DNA of 64,000 nt from Candidatus Poribacteria bacterium (GTDB lineage: Bacteria; Poribacteria; WGA-4E; WGA-3G). The stretch lies in contig JAJEEK010000017.1 in assembly GCA_022821065.1 (NCBI GenBank), positions 103 to 64,102 on the forward strand, read 5' to 3'. A model generated the notes under the pieces. The model was not told the origin of the DNA, made no database searches, and was given only the letters and a program-made list of their open reading frames with translations. Positions 37,128 to 46,332 of this stretch are shown one piece after another. Within the stretch, counting starts at the first letter, position 1. Each line of letters begins with the position of its first letter. The position numbers and the translations under genes were made by a program.

Positions 37128-37868
37128 ATGCATCCCAATGATGTCAAAGAATTATTAAACGCTTCAATTGCTGAACTCGGACTGCCGCTGCGTGCCACGA
37201 ATAGGGGGCCGATGTTGGTCGGTGGGAACTCTGATCGTCCGACGCAGTCGAAGGTAAAGGAAGTGGTAAAACTGTGGATGAACGGAGCCATCCGGAACCA
37301 CCGTATTTACTTCGGAAGGTCTGCCTCTGAGATGGATGAAGCGACGACTCGACTCGCTTCTGAAACGCACCGTACTCCGGAAGTTGAGGAGGTTCTGAAA
37401 TCCTTAATTGCCGAAGAAGCACTGCCCTTAAAAGTCGTCAATAGCGGTTTTTGGGTGGAAATCCTCGTAGATGAAGGAATAGAATATCGCTGTGAGGACA
37501 TGGTGAAACTGGAGACTTTGTTAAAAAAAGAAGGTTTAGACGTGCCTGTTCGTCATGGCGGTTTTTATCTATCGCAGAAGACTGATAGCGGTCATCTCGA
37601 ATTTACGCAGTTTGAAAGGTTGGCGAATCACCTCGCAGCTGCTTTAAAAGGACACGGATTGCAGGTGAGATTGCGCCATACAGGTTTTGAACTTCAGAAA
37701 AACGAAGCGGATGAGGTCGATATTGCAGAGGCGAAGGAACTCACTTATCGTTTAAAAATTATGGTAGGTATTCCGTACGTCCAAAGTGCTTATGGACACA
37801 TAAAATCCGGGTTGGATACGGAAATCCATTGGACATCTGCGCGTATAACGCCTGTCCTGCCGTTTTAA
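37128..37868 (+). CDS. hypothetical protein, member 2 of the tandem paralog pair
   Basis: AAGGAG 9 nt upstream of ATG 37128. Same repeat layout (VEEVLKSLIAEEALPL; HGGFYLSQK; HTGFELQKN). WTSA near the C-terminus in both. Confidence 0.7.
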   Translation: MHPNDVKELLNASIAELGLPLRATNRGPMLVGGNSDRPTQSKVKEVVKLWMNGAIRNHRIYFGRSASEMDEATTRLASETHRTPEVEEVLKSLIAEEALPLKVVNSGFWVEILVDEGIEYRCEDMVKLETLLKKEGLDVPVRHGGFYLSQKTDSGHLEFTQFERLANHLAAALKGHGLQVRLRHTGFELQKNEADEVDIAEAKELTYRLKIMVGIPYVQSAYGHIKSGLDTEIHWTSARITPVLPF

Positions 37869-37955
37869 AATAACAGACAATGGATTGGTACACACCGACA
37901 AGAACGGCTAAGATACGCTACCAATCCGATCAAAACATACAAAAAGGAGAAAAAA

Positions 37956-38219
37956 ATGACGTACGTAATTTGTGAACCTTGCATTGATGTAAAAGACAGC
38001 GCATGTGTTGATGTCTGCCCGGTGGATTGCATTCACCCACATCCGACCAATGCAGCCGACGAATTTGAAGAAGTTAACCAACTCTACATTGATCCGGAGG
38101 AGTGCATCGACTGTGGTGTCTGTGAACCGGAATGTCCGGTTGAGGCTATCTTTATAGAGGATGAAGTCCCGGAAGAGTGGGAAGAATTTATAGACATCAA
38201 CGCGGAATATTTTGAATAG
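37956..38219 (+). CDS. fdxA: 7Fe-type ferredoxin ([3Fe-4S][4Fe-4S])
   Basis: MTYVICEPCIDVKDSACVDVCPVDCIH ... CIDCGVCEPECPVEAIF matches the Azotobacter FdI-type cysteine pattern. GGAGA RBS. Confidence 0.85.
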   Translation: MTYVICEPCIDVKDSACVDVCPVDCIHPHPTNAADEFEEVNQLYIDPEECIDCGVCEPECPVEAIFIEDEVPEEWEEFIDINAEYFE

Positions 38220-38230
38220 AGTGCAACGGG

Positions 38231-38269
38231 TTGGCACGCGAATACCGGTATTTGGGATTGGCGTGCCAA
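38231..38269 (+). terminator. stem-loop after the ferredoxin gene
   Basis: TTGGCACGC-N21-GCGTGCCAA starts 12 nt after the stop and is followed by a T-rich tract. Confidence 0.45.
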
Positions 38270-38450
38270 TGCTATTTATTAACCCAAGTTGCTACTAACA
38301 GATTTTGAGCGTTTCAACACAGTTTTTCAGACACTTTCCCCACCCCAGAGGGGTGATATTGCTTCGCAGTGAGAATAGAAAATGGCGTATTTAACTCTTG
38401 CACTCCAGCGGAGTGCTATGTGTTAAACAGGTGGCAAGTTGGGTTATTTA

Positions 38451-38813
38451 TTACGGTTGGATAATCTGCTGTCGTTTCAGCGTTTCGATCTCTTGTGTAA
38501 GCACTTCAATTTGTTTTTCGAGCGATCGGTCTTTTCTGCTGCGCCACGCGATAATAACTTGTGGAAGTCCTACGGCAACGACAATTAGCACCATGAGCCA
38601 CGTCATCATTTTCTCTATACCGTTGACACGTCCACTTAGCGAAGCGACTTCAATCTTTAGCCCCGCAATATCTTCTTTTATAGGCCTGATTTCTTCTTGA
38701 ATCTCCTCTTTGACAATCAAGCGTATTTTATTCAGGTCCGCGTCGTCTAACGCGCCGAGAGATGGAAGTGCTATTGTGCAAAAGAGTACCGAAAGAACGA
38801 GTATCATTTTCAT
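38451..38813 (-). CDS. small signal peptide - coiled coil - TM - coiled coil protein
   Basis: MKMILVLSVLFCTIALPSLGA signal, heptad region, TM WLMVLIVVAVGLPQVIIAW, then RSRKDRSLEKQIEVLTQEIETLKRQ. Same layout as 20729..21316. Confidence 0.65.
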   Translation of the reverse strand: MKMILVLSVLFCTIALPSLGALDDADLNKIRLIVKEEIQEEIRPIKEDIAGLKIEVASLSGRVNGIEKMMTWLMVLIVVAVGLPQVIIAWRSRKDRSLEKQIEVLTQEIETLKRQQIIQP

Positions 38814-38854
38814 GGTGTGCTCCAGTTTCAGTTCGATTTCTCCGCCTGCGAAGA

Positions 38855-38946
38855 TGGAAGGGTGGCAGACATACCTTACGGCAAGCTTCGCAGTGCCACC
38901 CTAAACTGGTTGAAATAGTTTATCAGATTGCCGAAAAATTGACAAG
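38855..38946 (-). promoter_or_regulatory. conserved promoter-plus-hairpin module, copy Y
   Basis: Minus strand TTGTCA (38945-38940)-N17-TAAACT (38922-38917), then CCAGTTTAGGGTGGCAC...GTCTGCCACCC. It ends about 40 nt upstream of the ATG at 38813. Confidence 0.4.
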
Positions 38947-38999
38947 CCTTTTTTGACTCGACGGGGACCCTATCTCACATTGACAAGAGAGAAAGCAAC

Positions 39000-40286
39000 T
39001 CAAAAGAGGGGTGCTGATGTTTTTCCGAGCACGCGCGGGAGCCAGAGGCTTAGGTCTGGAATGTATGTCACCAACACGAGTGCTACCAACAAGAGTGCGA
39101 TAAATAGCAGCACCGAACCGTAAAGCATCACAACAGACCGATCAAATTTCATACTGGAGATGAACAGGTTCATCCCGATCGGTGGTGTCAAATATCCGAT
39201 TTCGAGGTTCGTTAGGACGATGATGCCGAGATGCGCTTTGTCAATCCCGAATTGTTCAGCGATCGGAAGGAGCAACGGCACGACGATAATGATCGCAGAA
39301 AAGATGTCCATCAGACACCCAACGATGAGTAAGAAGATATTGAGTCCGATGAGCGTAATAATCCGGCTTTCCGTTGTTGACTGAATCCAGTCGAGGACTA
39401 TTGTCGGTACGTCGAGTGTGATGAGGTAGTTGGTCAACCCTAAAGCGATACCGAGAATGATGAGGATTGCGCCAACAAGGACGGTGCTCTCTTTGACGAT
39501 GCGTGGCAACACCTTCAACGAAATCGAACGGTGGATGACGAGTTCTACAATGCAGGCATAGATGACGGTTAGCGCAGCGGCTTCATCGAGCGTAACGATA
39601 CCGGATAGATAACCGCCTAACACAACAAACGGCAGCAGAATTTCCCACTTCGCATCCCAAAGCGTTTGGAGAAAAACCTTCCCATCAAACGGTGTTGTCT
39701 CAGTCTTTTTGAAGAAGCTCCATCCACAACAATAGATACCGAGAATACTGAGAATAAGCAGACCGGGAATAATACCGGCGAGGAACATCGTGTCGATACG
39801 AACCTGTGCGACAATTGCATAGAGGATCAGCGGAACACTCGGTGGGAATAGAAGTCCGATGCTCCCCGAAGCCGTTATCAATCCGAGCGAGAACTTCTCG
39901 TTATAGGTTTGCCGTAGTATAGGATAGACCAGTCCACCGAGCGCGACAATCGTTACGCCGGACGCGCCTGTGAACGTGGTAAAGAACGCACAAGTGGTGA
40001 GAACGACTACGGCGATGCCACCGGGTAACCAACCGACACTTGCGCGTGCGAAGGCAACTAAACGCTGCGGTGCCTTTCCTTCAGCGATGATATATCCAGC
40101 AAATGTGAAAAGCGGGATAATCAGGATTGTCGAATTTCGGGTAAGGCGATTGAAGTCGATGAGGATCGTTGAGATCGGTTCGCCTGCCATGGCGTAACCA
40201 ATAATCGAAGCACCCCCGAGTAAAACGAAAAGTGCACCCCCGAGAAGTGCGAAACCGACCAATCCGATGCCAATGAGAAGTCCCAT
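39000..40286 (-). CDS. dctM: TRAP transporter large permease subunit
   Basis: 428 aa, polytopic. LIIPLFTFAGYIIAEGKAPQRLVAFA resembles the DctM N-terminal signature. The start overlaps the small-subunit stop. Confidence 0.85.
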   Translation of the reverse strand: MGLLIGIGLVGFALLGGALFVLLGGASIIGYAMAGEPISTILIDFNRLTRNSTILIIPLFTFAGYIIAEGKAPQRLVAFARASVGWLPGGIAVVVLTTCAFFTTFTGASGVTIVALGGLVYPILRQTYNEKFSLGLITASGSIGLLFPPSVPLILYAIVAQVRIDTMFLAGIIPGLLILSILGIYCCGWSFFKKTETTPFDGKVFLQTLWDAKWEILLPFVVLGGYLSGIVTLDEAAALTVIYACIVELVIHRSISLKVLPRIVKESTVLVGAILIILGIALGLTNYLITLDVPTIVLDWIQSTTESRIITLIGLNIFLLIVGCLMDIFSAIIIVVPLLLPIAEQFGIDKAHLGIIVLTNLEIGYLTPPIGMNLFISSMKFDRSVVMLYGSVLLFIALLLVALVLVTYIPDLSLWLPRVLGKTSAPLF

Positions 40287-40828
40287 CAGTCTGCTTCTCC
40301 TTCTGCAATATGCGGTGTGTCGCCACTACCTTTTAGATTGATGCCGATCTGTAGCAGGATATGGATACCGATGAGTACGAAACCATAAGGGATAATCGCC
40401 TTCGCCCACCACAACGGGACGTTTCCGATTAAGACAGCCTCGCTTGTCTGTTCATCACCGAGGAATAGGAAACCGTAATACGCTAAAATCGCAACGACGA
40501 CGAAAGCGATGCCATCAATAACAAGGTTCGTCCAGCGTGTGTATTTACTGGGCAGAATTCGACTGAGTACATCAATGCTAATATGTCGTCGTTCGCAGGT
40601 GGCGAGTGCGGCACCGAAGAAGCAGAGCCAGAGCGTCAAGTGCTGAAGCATTATATCGCTCCACAACAGGCTTGCACTGAACACGTATCGCATCACAATT
40701 TTAAGTATCGCCAGCCCAATCATCATCGCGATAATGAGGCATAGGAAACCTGTTTCGATTTTACCGAGGAACGCATTCGTGTTTTGCAGGAAAGAGTTTC
40801 CAGTAGGAGCATCTTTAGGCATCTGCAT
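40286..40828 (-). CDS. dctQ: TRAP transporter small permease subunit
   Basis: 180 aa, 4 TM, immediately upstream of and overlapping dctM. Confidence 0.75.
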   Translation of the reverse strand: MQMPKDAPTGNSFLQNTNAFLGKIETGFLCLIIAMMIGLAILKIVMRYVFSASLLWSDIMLQHLTLWLCFFGAALATCERRHISIDVLSRILPSKYTRWTNLVIDGIAFVVVAILAYYGFLFLGDEQTSEAVLIGNVPLWWAKAIIPYGFVLIGIHILLQIGINLKGSGDTPHIAEGEAD

Positions 40829-42088
40829 TTATTTCTCCGATGCTAACACCTGAATCCCGGCGGAGGGTAGGACAGCGACCTTCGCGTGTGCTGGTAGTTT
40901 CTCCGCAAACAAGGCGATCAGTTCGTCAAGGTTTCGGAAGAGGCATGCGCCGCGGTGCTTTTTGTAAAAATCGTCGACTAAAAAGTGTTCCGACCAGACG
41001 TGGAGCTGATCTTGTGTCCCGAGCTGGGGTGACGGGAGTTCAGATTCCGTTCGTTCCGCTTTCTGTTCGAGGAAACGGTTATAATCGATCTGGTCAAAGA
41101 GTCCGTGGTAGCAGATGCCATCGCTTGCCGGGTTGAGTGCCATCTTATACGCTTTTTCAAAATAGCGCGTTGCCCATAACGCTTTACCCGTCTGGATTGG
41201 GTCGCTATCGAGCGGGTAGCAATTCAAGACAACGAGATCGGTCTCTTTTCGGCTTGTTTCCGGTATCTGTGTGCCGTAAGTGTCTAAAGCGAAGCGTGCG
41301 CCTTCACGATGCGCCTGTATGAAATCGCCGACAAACAGTCCACAGATTTCACGGCGGGTATTGAGGACGGTATTGACAATGACATCGAGTCCGAGGATAC
41401 GTGCCACGGCTTCAGCGAAATCGCGGTGATCGGGTTCGTTCCCCTTCTTTTCGATGACAGCATGCCCGCGGCTCGGGGAGAAGGTATGGAAATAGAACAT
41501 CGTTGCGAAACCGGCGATCCCGGGAACGACTAATTTTGCACCGCCCCCGAAACCGACGGCACCGTGCGGATAGATACCGCCGAGGCATATCTTAAAATCG
41601 GCATCAGCGACGACACGGTTGAGATAGATCGGCATCCCGTTATCGAGGCTGCCCAACGCCCGTAGGTCGCCGCTCATGAAGTCGTGGCTCGTCGCTTCAT
41701 ATTCGGCGGCGACATCTGCGCCAATTTTCTTGGCGACCTCTTCATCGGTGAGTGGTCGGTGCGAACCGCCGCCGACAACAAACCGAATCTCAGATTTCGG
41801 GACCCCTGCGGATGCCAACTCGCGTAGGAGAAACGGGATCACTCTCGCTGCGGGTGTCGGACGGCTGAGGTCGTCAACAACGATTGCAGCACTTTTCTTA
41901 CCTTTCGCGAGTTCCGCAATACGCGGCGTGCCGATCGGTTCAGCGAATATCTTCTCGATGTGTGCATCGGCAAGTTCCGGTGCGTCTTTGGGCCCCAATA
42001 TTTCCACTTCCCAGCCGGTTGGAAAATTCAGCGTTAGTTCTTCATCACCGTACCAAGCGCGGGAGTATACTGTAGCGGTGTTGCTCAT
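40829..42088 (-). CDS. LarA-family nickel-pincer-dependent 2-hydroxyacid racemase/epimerase homolog, copy 1
   Basis: DUF2088-type N-terminus. RFVVGGGSHRP and ICLGGIYPHGAVGFGGGAKLVVPG align with the LarA catalytic His and the cofactor-tethering Lys regions. Confidence 0.85.
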   Translation of the reverse strand: MSNTATVYSRAWYGDEELTLNFPTGWEVEILGPKDAPELADAHIEKIFAEPIGTPRIAELAKGKKSAAIVVDDLSRPTPAARVIPFLLRELASAGVPKSEIRFVVGGGSHRPLTDEEVAKKIGADVAAEYEATSHDFMSGDLRALGSLDNGMPIYLNRVVADADFKICLGGIYPHGAVGFGGGAKLVVPGIAGFATMFYFHTFSPSRGHAVIEKKGNEPDHRDFAEAVARILGLDVIVNTVLNTRREICGLFVGDFIQAHREGARFALDTYGTQIPETSRKETDLVVLNCYPLDSDPIQTGKALWATRYFEKAYKMALNPASDGICYHGLFDQIDYNRFLEQKAERTESELPSPQLGTQDQLHVWSEHFLVDDFYKKHRGACLFRNLDELIALFAEKLPAHAKVAVLPSAGIQVLASEK

Positions 42089-42159
42089 GATTGCCCTCCA
42101 TTGTTGTTGGATCGAAGATTAAACGATCTGCCTCTCCTACTGTATTCACGTTCCTTTGC

Positions 42160-43425
42160 TTATTCAGCGTTCGCCGGTATTAGCACTTGAATCCCTGCGA
42201 CAGGTAAGACAGTAACCTTCGCACGTGCTGGTAGTTTCTCCGCTAAGCTTTGAATCAGTTGTTCGAGGTCTCGGAAGAGGATCGAAGCCGGGTACTCCTT
42301 ATAGAAATCATCTACAAGAAAATGCTCGGACCAGACGTGGAGTTGTCCGCGACGCCCAATTTTTGGGGTCGGTAGTTCGGGGGGTACTTGTTCGGCTCGC
42401 TGTTTGAGATAGCGTGCGTAATCGATTCGGTCAAAGAGTCCGTGGTAGCAGCTGCTGTCGCTTGCAGGGTAGAGTGCGACTGTATATGCGTTTTCAAAAT
42501 AGGTTAAAGCCGCCAACGCCTTATCGAGTTGAATTGCATCGGCATCAAGCGGGTAGCAGTTAATCAAGACGAGATCGGATTCCGTTTGATTCGTTTCCGG
42601 TATCTCCGTGCTATAGGTATCCATAGCGAAATGCGCGCCTTTACGATGCGCTTGTATGAAGTCGCCGACGAACAGTCCACAAATCTCACGACGGCTATTG
42701 AGTACAACATTGGCGATCACATCGAGTCCGAGAACCTTCGCCGCCAGTTCAGCGGTGTCGCGGCGGTCAGGTTCATCGCTCTGTCCTTCAATTATTGCGG
42801 GGCCGCGGCCAGGTGGGAATGTATGGAAATAGAACATCGTCGTAAATCCTGAAACACCGGGGACGATTAACTTCGCACCGCCGCTAAAGCCGACAGAACT
42901 GTGCGGATAGATACCACCGAGGCAGATTTTGAAATCGGCATCGGCAACAACGCGATTGAAATAGAGCGGCGTCCCGTTATCAAGATTACCGAATGCGCGG
43001 AGATCACCGCTCATAAAGTTGTGGTTCGTGACTTCATATTCCGCTGCGATGTCTGCACCGAGTTTCTTTTTTATATCTTCGTCTCTAAGCGGACGATGCG
43101 CACCGACTCCGGCAACGAACCGGATTTCGGATTTCGGGACACCCGCCGATGCCAATTCATGCAGGAGAAACGGGAGAACTCTCCATGCAGGGGTTGGACG
43201 GCTCAGGTCATCAAAAATAATAGCGGCACTCTTTTTACCTTTCGCGAGTTCGCCAATACGCTGTGTGCCGATCGGTTCAGCAAACGCCTTCTCAATTTGT
43301 GCATCAGAAAGTTCAGGGGCATCTTTGGGTTCAAGGACATCTACGTTCCAACCGGTTGGAAAATTCAACGTTAGTTCCTCATCGCCATACCAGGCACGGG
43401 AACGGACTTTAGGTGCGTTATCCAT
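42160..43425 (-). CDS. LarA-family racemase/epimerase homolog, copy 2
   Basis: About 70% identical by eye to copy 1 (RFVAGVGAHRP; ICLGGIYPHSSVGFSGGAKLIVPG). Start set to ATG 43425 (MDNAPKVRSRAWYGDE), which overlaps the pyrG stop by 8 nt. Confidence 0.85.
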   Translation of the reverse strand: MDNAPKVRSRAWYGDEELTLNFPTGWNVDVLEPKDAPELSDAQIEKAFAEPIGTQRIGELAKGKKSAAIIFDDLSRPTPAWRVLPFLLHELASAGVPKSEIRFVAGVGAHRPLRDEDIKKKLGADIAAEYEVTNHNFMSGDLRAFGNLDNGTPLYFNRVVADADFKICLGGIYPHSSVGFSGGAKLIVPGVSGFTTMFYFHTFPPGRGPAIIEGQSDEPDRRDTAELAAKVLGLDVIANVVLNSRREICGLFVGDFIQAHRKGAHFAMDTYSTEIPETNQTESDLVLINCYPLDADAIQLDKALAALTYFENAYTVALYPASDSSCYHGLFDRIDYARYLKQRAEQVPPELPTPKIGRRGQLHVWSEHFLVDDFYKEYPASILFRDLEQLIQSLAEKLPARAKVTVLPVAGIQVLIPANAE

Positions 43426-45055
43426 TATTCTTTTCTCCTTCCACGGTCCCTTTTTTACACTGATAGGCAAACACAGCAGTGATGAATTCACGGAAAAGAG
43501 GATGCGGTGACAAGGGTTTAGATTGAAATTCAGGGTGGAATTGCGAACCTACCATCCAAGGGTGATCTGTTACTTCGGCGATTTCAACGAGGCTCTCATC
43601 GGGAGACACCCCGCTAAAGCAGAGCCCTGACGATTCCAATTGGGAGCGGTATTGGTTATTGAGTTCATAGCGATGCCGATGCCGTTCGACGATAATAGGC
43701 TGTTGGTAAGCGGCGTAACTTTTTGTATCTTCTTTGAGGACGCAGGAATAATGTCCGAGTCGCATCGTTGCGCCGAGGTCAGCGACGGATTGCTGGTCAT
43801 GCATTAAATCTATAACGGGGTAAGGTGTTTTTTCGTCGACTTCTGTGCTATTGGCTTTTTCGAGGTTCGCGACGTTCCGAGCGAACTCAATTACGAGGCA
43901 CTGCATTCCGAGACATAGCCCGAAGTATGGTATCTTATTTTCACGCGCGTATCGTGCGGCGACGAGCATGCCTTCAATCCCTCGGTATCCGAATCCGCCT
44001 GGAACGAGTATGCCATCGGCTTTTGCAAAAACAGCGTCAAGGTTGGGATGTTCTGTCAGCGATTCGGCTTCTATCCACTCAATTTCGACCGCGGCTTCGT
44101 TCGCGATTCCACCGTGTTTGAGCGCTTCCTGTACGCTGATATAGGCATCGTTGCCGGTTGTGTATTTCCCGACGATGGCGACGCGAGCGCGACGCTTCGG
44201 ATTTTTAAGTTTTTCGACCATCTCTGCCCACTCGGCATCCATCGGTGCGCGTGCTTCAAGTCCGAGCCGCTTTGAAACGAGATGTCCCATCCCTTGACGT
44301 TCAAAGTTCAGCGGAATTTCATCAACACATTTCGTGTCTAATCCTTCAAAGATGCAATCTTCGGAGATACCACAGAGCAGTGCGATTTTTCGGCGGAAGG
44401 CTTCATCTAACCTCTGGCTGGTTCGGCAGAGCAGGACATCAGGTTGAACGCCGAGTTCTTGGAGTTTACGGATGCTGTGCTGTGTGGGTTTGCTTTTGCT
44501 TTCGCCGTTAGGTAGGGTATAAATGAGGGAGACGTGGAGGAACATAGTGTCCTCTCGCCCGACTTCGACCGCCATCTGTCGGATGGCTTCAACGAAGGGT
44601 GGCATCTCAAAGTCGCCGATCGTGCCGCCGATTTCGGTAATGACGATTTCGGCTTTGTTGGTTTCACCGATCTGGTAAATGCGCCGCTTGATCTCATCGG
44701 TAATATGCGGAATCAGTTGCACGGTTTGTCCGAGATAATCGCCTCGTCGTTCTTTTGCAATGACTTCCTGATAGACGGAACCTGTCGTAAAGTTAGAATA
44801 CCTGTTCAGATCCATGCCGAGAAATCGTTCATAGTTCCCAAGGTCAAGGTCCGTTTCCGCACCATCGTGGGTGACGAAGACCTCACCGTGCTGGAAGGGG
44901 TTCATTACCCCTGCATCGACGTTGAGGTATGGATCAATTTTGACGACGATTATCTTGAATCCGCGATTGATGAGCAATCTACCGAGGGATGCGGTCGTGA
45001 TCCCTTTACCGATCCCCGAAATAACGCCGCCCGTCACGAAAATATATTTTGTCAT
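43418..45055 (-). CDS. pyrG: CTP synthase
   Basis: MTKYIFVTGGVISGIGKGITTASLGRLL N-terminus. Glutamine amidotransferase GLCLGMQ. Confidence 0.97.
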   Translation of the reverse strand: MTKYIFVTGGVISGIGKGITTASLGRLLINRGFKIIVVKIDPYLNVDAGVMNPFQHGEVFVTHDGAETDLDLGNYERFLGMDLNRYSNFTTGSVYQEVIAKERRGDYLGQTVQLIPHITDEIKRRIYQIGETNKAEIVITEIGGTIGDFEMPPFVEAIRQMAVEVGREDTMFLHVSLIYTLPNGESKSKPTQHSIRKLQELGVQPDVLLCRTSQRLDEAFRRKIALLCGISEDCIFEGLDTKCVDEIPLNFERQGMGHLVSKRLGLEARAPMDAEWAEMVEKLKNPKRRARVAIVGKYTTGNDAYISVQEALKHGGIANEAAVEIEWIEAESLTEHPNLDAVFAKADGILVPGGFGYRGIEGMLVAARYARENKIPYFGLCLGMQCLVIEFARNVANLEKANSTEVDEKTPYPVIDLMHDQQSVADLGATMRLGHYSCVLKEDTKSYAAYQQPIIVERHRHRYELNNQYRSQLESSGLCFSGVSPDESLVEIAEVTDHPWMVGSQFHPEFQSKPLSPHPLFREFITAVFAYQCKKGTVEGEKNNG

Positions 45056-45065
45056 AAAGATTTCC

Positions 45066-45845
45066 TTACGAAGTTTTTAAAATCTGTTTTACCCGTTCCA
45101 AATCAGCAGGCACATCGACCCCGATAAGCGGGGTATCCGTTTCGACGACATGAATAGGTACTCCGTTTTCCAAAAAGCGTAGCTGCTCCAGCCCTTCAGC
45201 GAGTTCATAAGGCGTCCTGCTCCAGTTTGCAAAAGCGAGGAGCTGCTCTCGGCGGTAAGCGTACAACCCGACATGCCGATACACTGGAAATTTGTGTAGT
45301 TCGGTTTCACTAATTTTGCCAGGCATAGCTGCGCGCGAAAAATACAACGCATCGCCGTGGAGATTCGTAACAACTTTGACAACGTTAATATCCCGGTAAT
45401 CGAGAACCGTTTTAACACGCTGTTTTAATGTACAGACCTGGACATCCGGTTTGTTGAGGAAAGGTCGTAGCATTAAATCTATCTGTTCGGGCTTAAGTAG
45501 AGGTTCATCGCCTTGTATGTTGGCGATGATGTCGCAGGTTAGGCGTTCAGCGACAACGGCGACGCGTTCCGTGCCTGTCTCGCATTCGCCGGTCATTTCG
45601 ACGTTGCCGCCGAACCGGATTACAGCCTCGTAAATCCGACGGTCATCTGTCGCAACGATAACCTTGTCCAACGTCTCGGCGCGACACGCGCTTTCATAGA
45701 CATGCTGGACCATCGGTTTCCCGAAAAGATCTGCCAACGCTTTCCCCTCAAAACGGCTTGAGGCATAGCGGGCTGGAATTATCCCTACACTTTGCAACCT
45801 TTTGTCCTTTTGTGGATATTTAAATTTCCCCATTGATTTCCTCAA
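45066..45845 (-). CDS. kdsB: 3-deoxy-manno-octulosonate cytidylyltransferase (CMP-Kdo synthetase)
   Basis: GIIPARYASSRFEGKALADLFGKPMVQHVYE, NIQGDEP and EQLRFLENG motifs. Confidence 0.9.
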   Translation of the reverse strand: MRKSMGKFKYPQKDKRLQSVGIIPARYASSRFEGKALADLFGKPMVQHVYESACRAETLDKVIVATDDRRIYEAVIRFGGNVEMTGECETGTERVAVVAERLTCDIIANIQGDEPLLKPEQIDLMLRPFLNKPDVQVCTLKQRVKTVLDYRDINVVKVVTNLHGDALYFSRAAMPGKISETELHKFPVYRHVGLYAYRREQLLAFANWSRTPYELAEGLEQLRFLENGVPIHVVETDTPLIGVDVPADLERVKQILKTS

Positions 45846-45980
45846 TCAGTTTAACGTAAATCGAAAAAATAAACAAGTGATTTTTCGGAGGACTGCAGGG
45901 GCATTCAATTGTAGGTTTTTGGTGTTTGGTGTTGTCCTTTTCACAGGCAAAAATACTTAATATATGTTATGTTTTATAAC

Positions 45981-46022
45981 AAATCGCAGAAAAATTCGCA
46001 GCATTTCGCAGCATTTCGCAGC
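45981..46022. repeat. tandem decamer (A)TTTCGCAGC x4
   Basis: AAATCGCAGA aa AATTCGCAGC ATTTCGCAGC ATTTCGCAGC in the kdsB/LamG divergent intergenic region. Confidence 0.6.
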
Positions 46023-46332
46023 GGATATAGAAAAAAAGACGTAAAATTGAAGGACCTGCGGAGGACTGGGTTTTCAGTGCTCAGTTTTCAGTTACGCTTG
46101 ACTTCCATTGACATCACTTTTCTATTTTTTATTGCACATAGAAATGAGAAAATGTTAAACTTAACAACAAGAAGTGTATTCGGTTGGTAAAAGCCAATCA
46201 ATGGTTGTCAGTTGTCGGTTGTCAATACTCAGTTAAGAGGGTTCTTGTGGCGTTAGCAGTTAGTTCAGCTGCCATAAGCGTGTGACTGATAACCTTACTA
46301 AACACTGCTGATCAAAAAAGGAGATACTTGAA

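Noticed and set aside
45969-46190. A 73-aa ORF in the kdsB/LamG intergenic region
   Set aside because: It reads straight through the decamer tandem repeat and low-complexity runs, and it has no RBS. It is a repeat-derived artefact.
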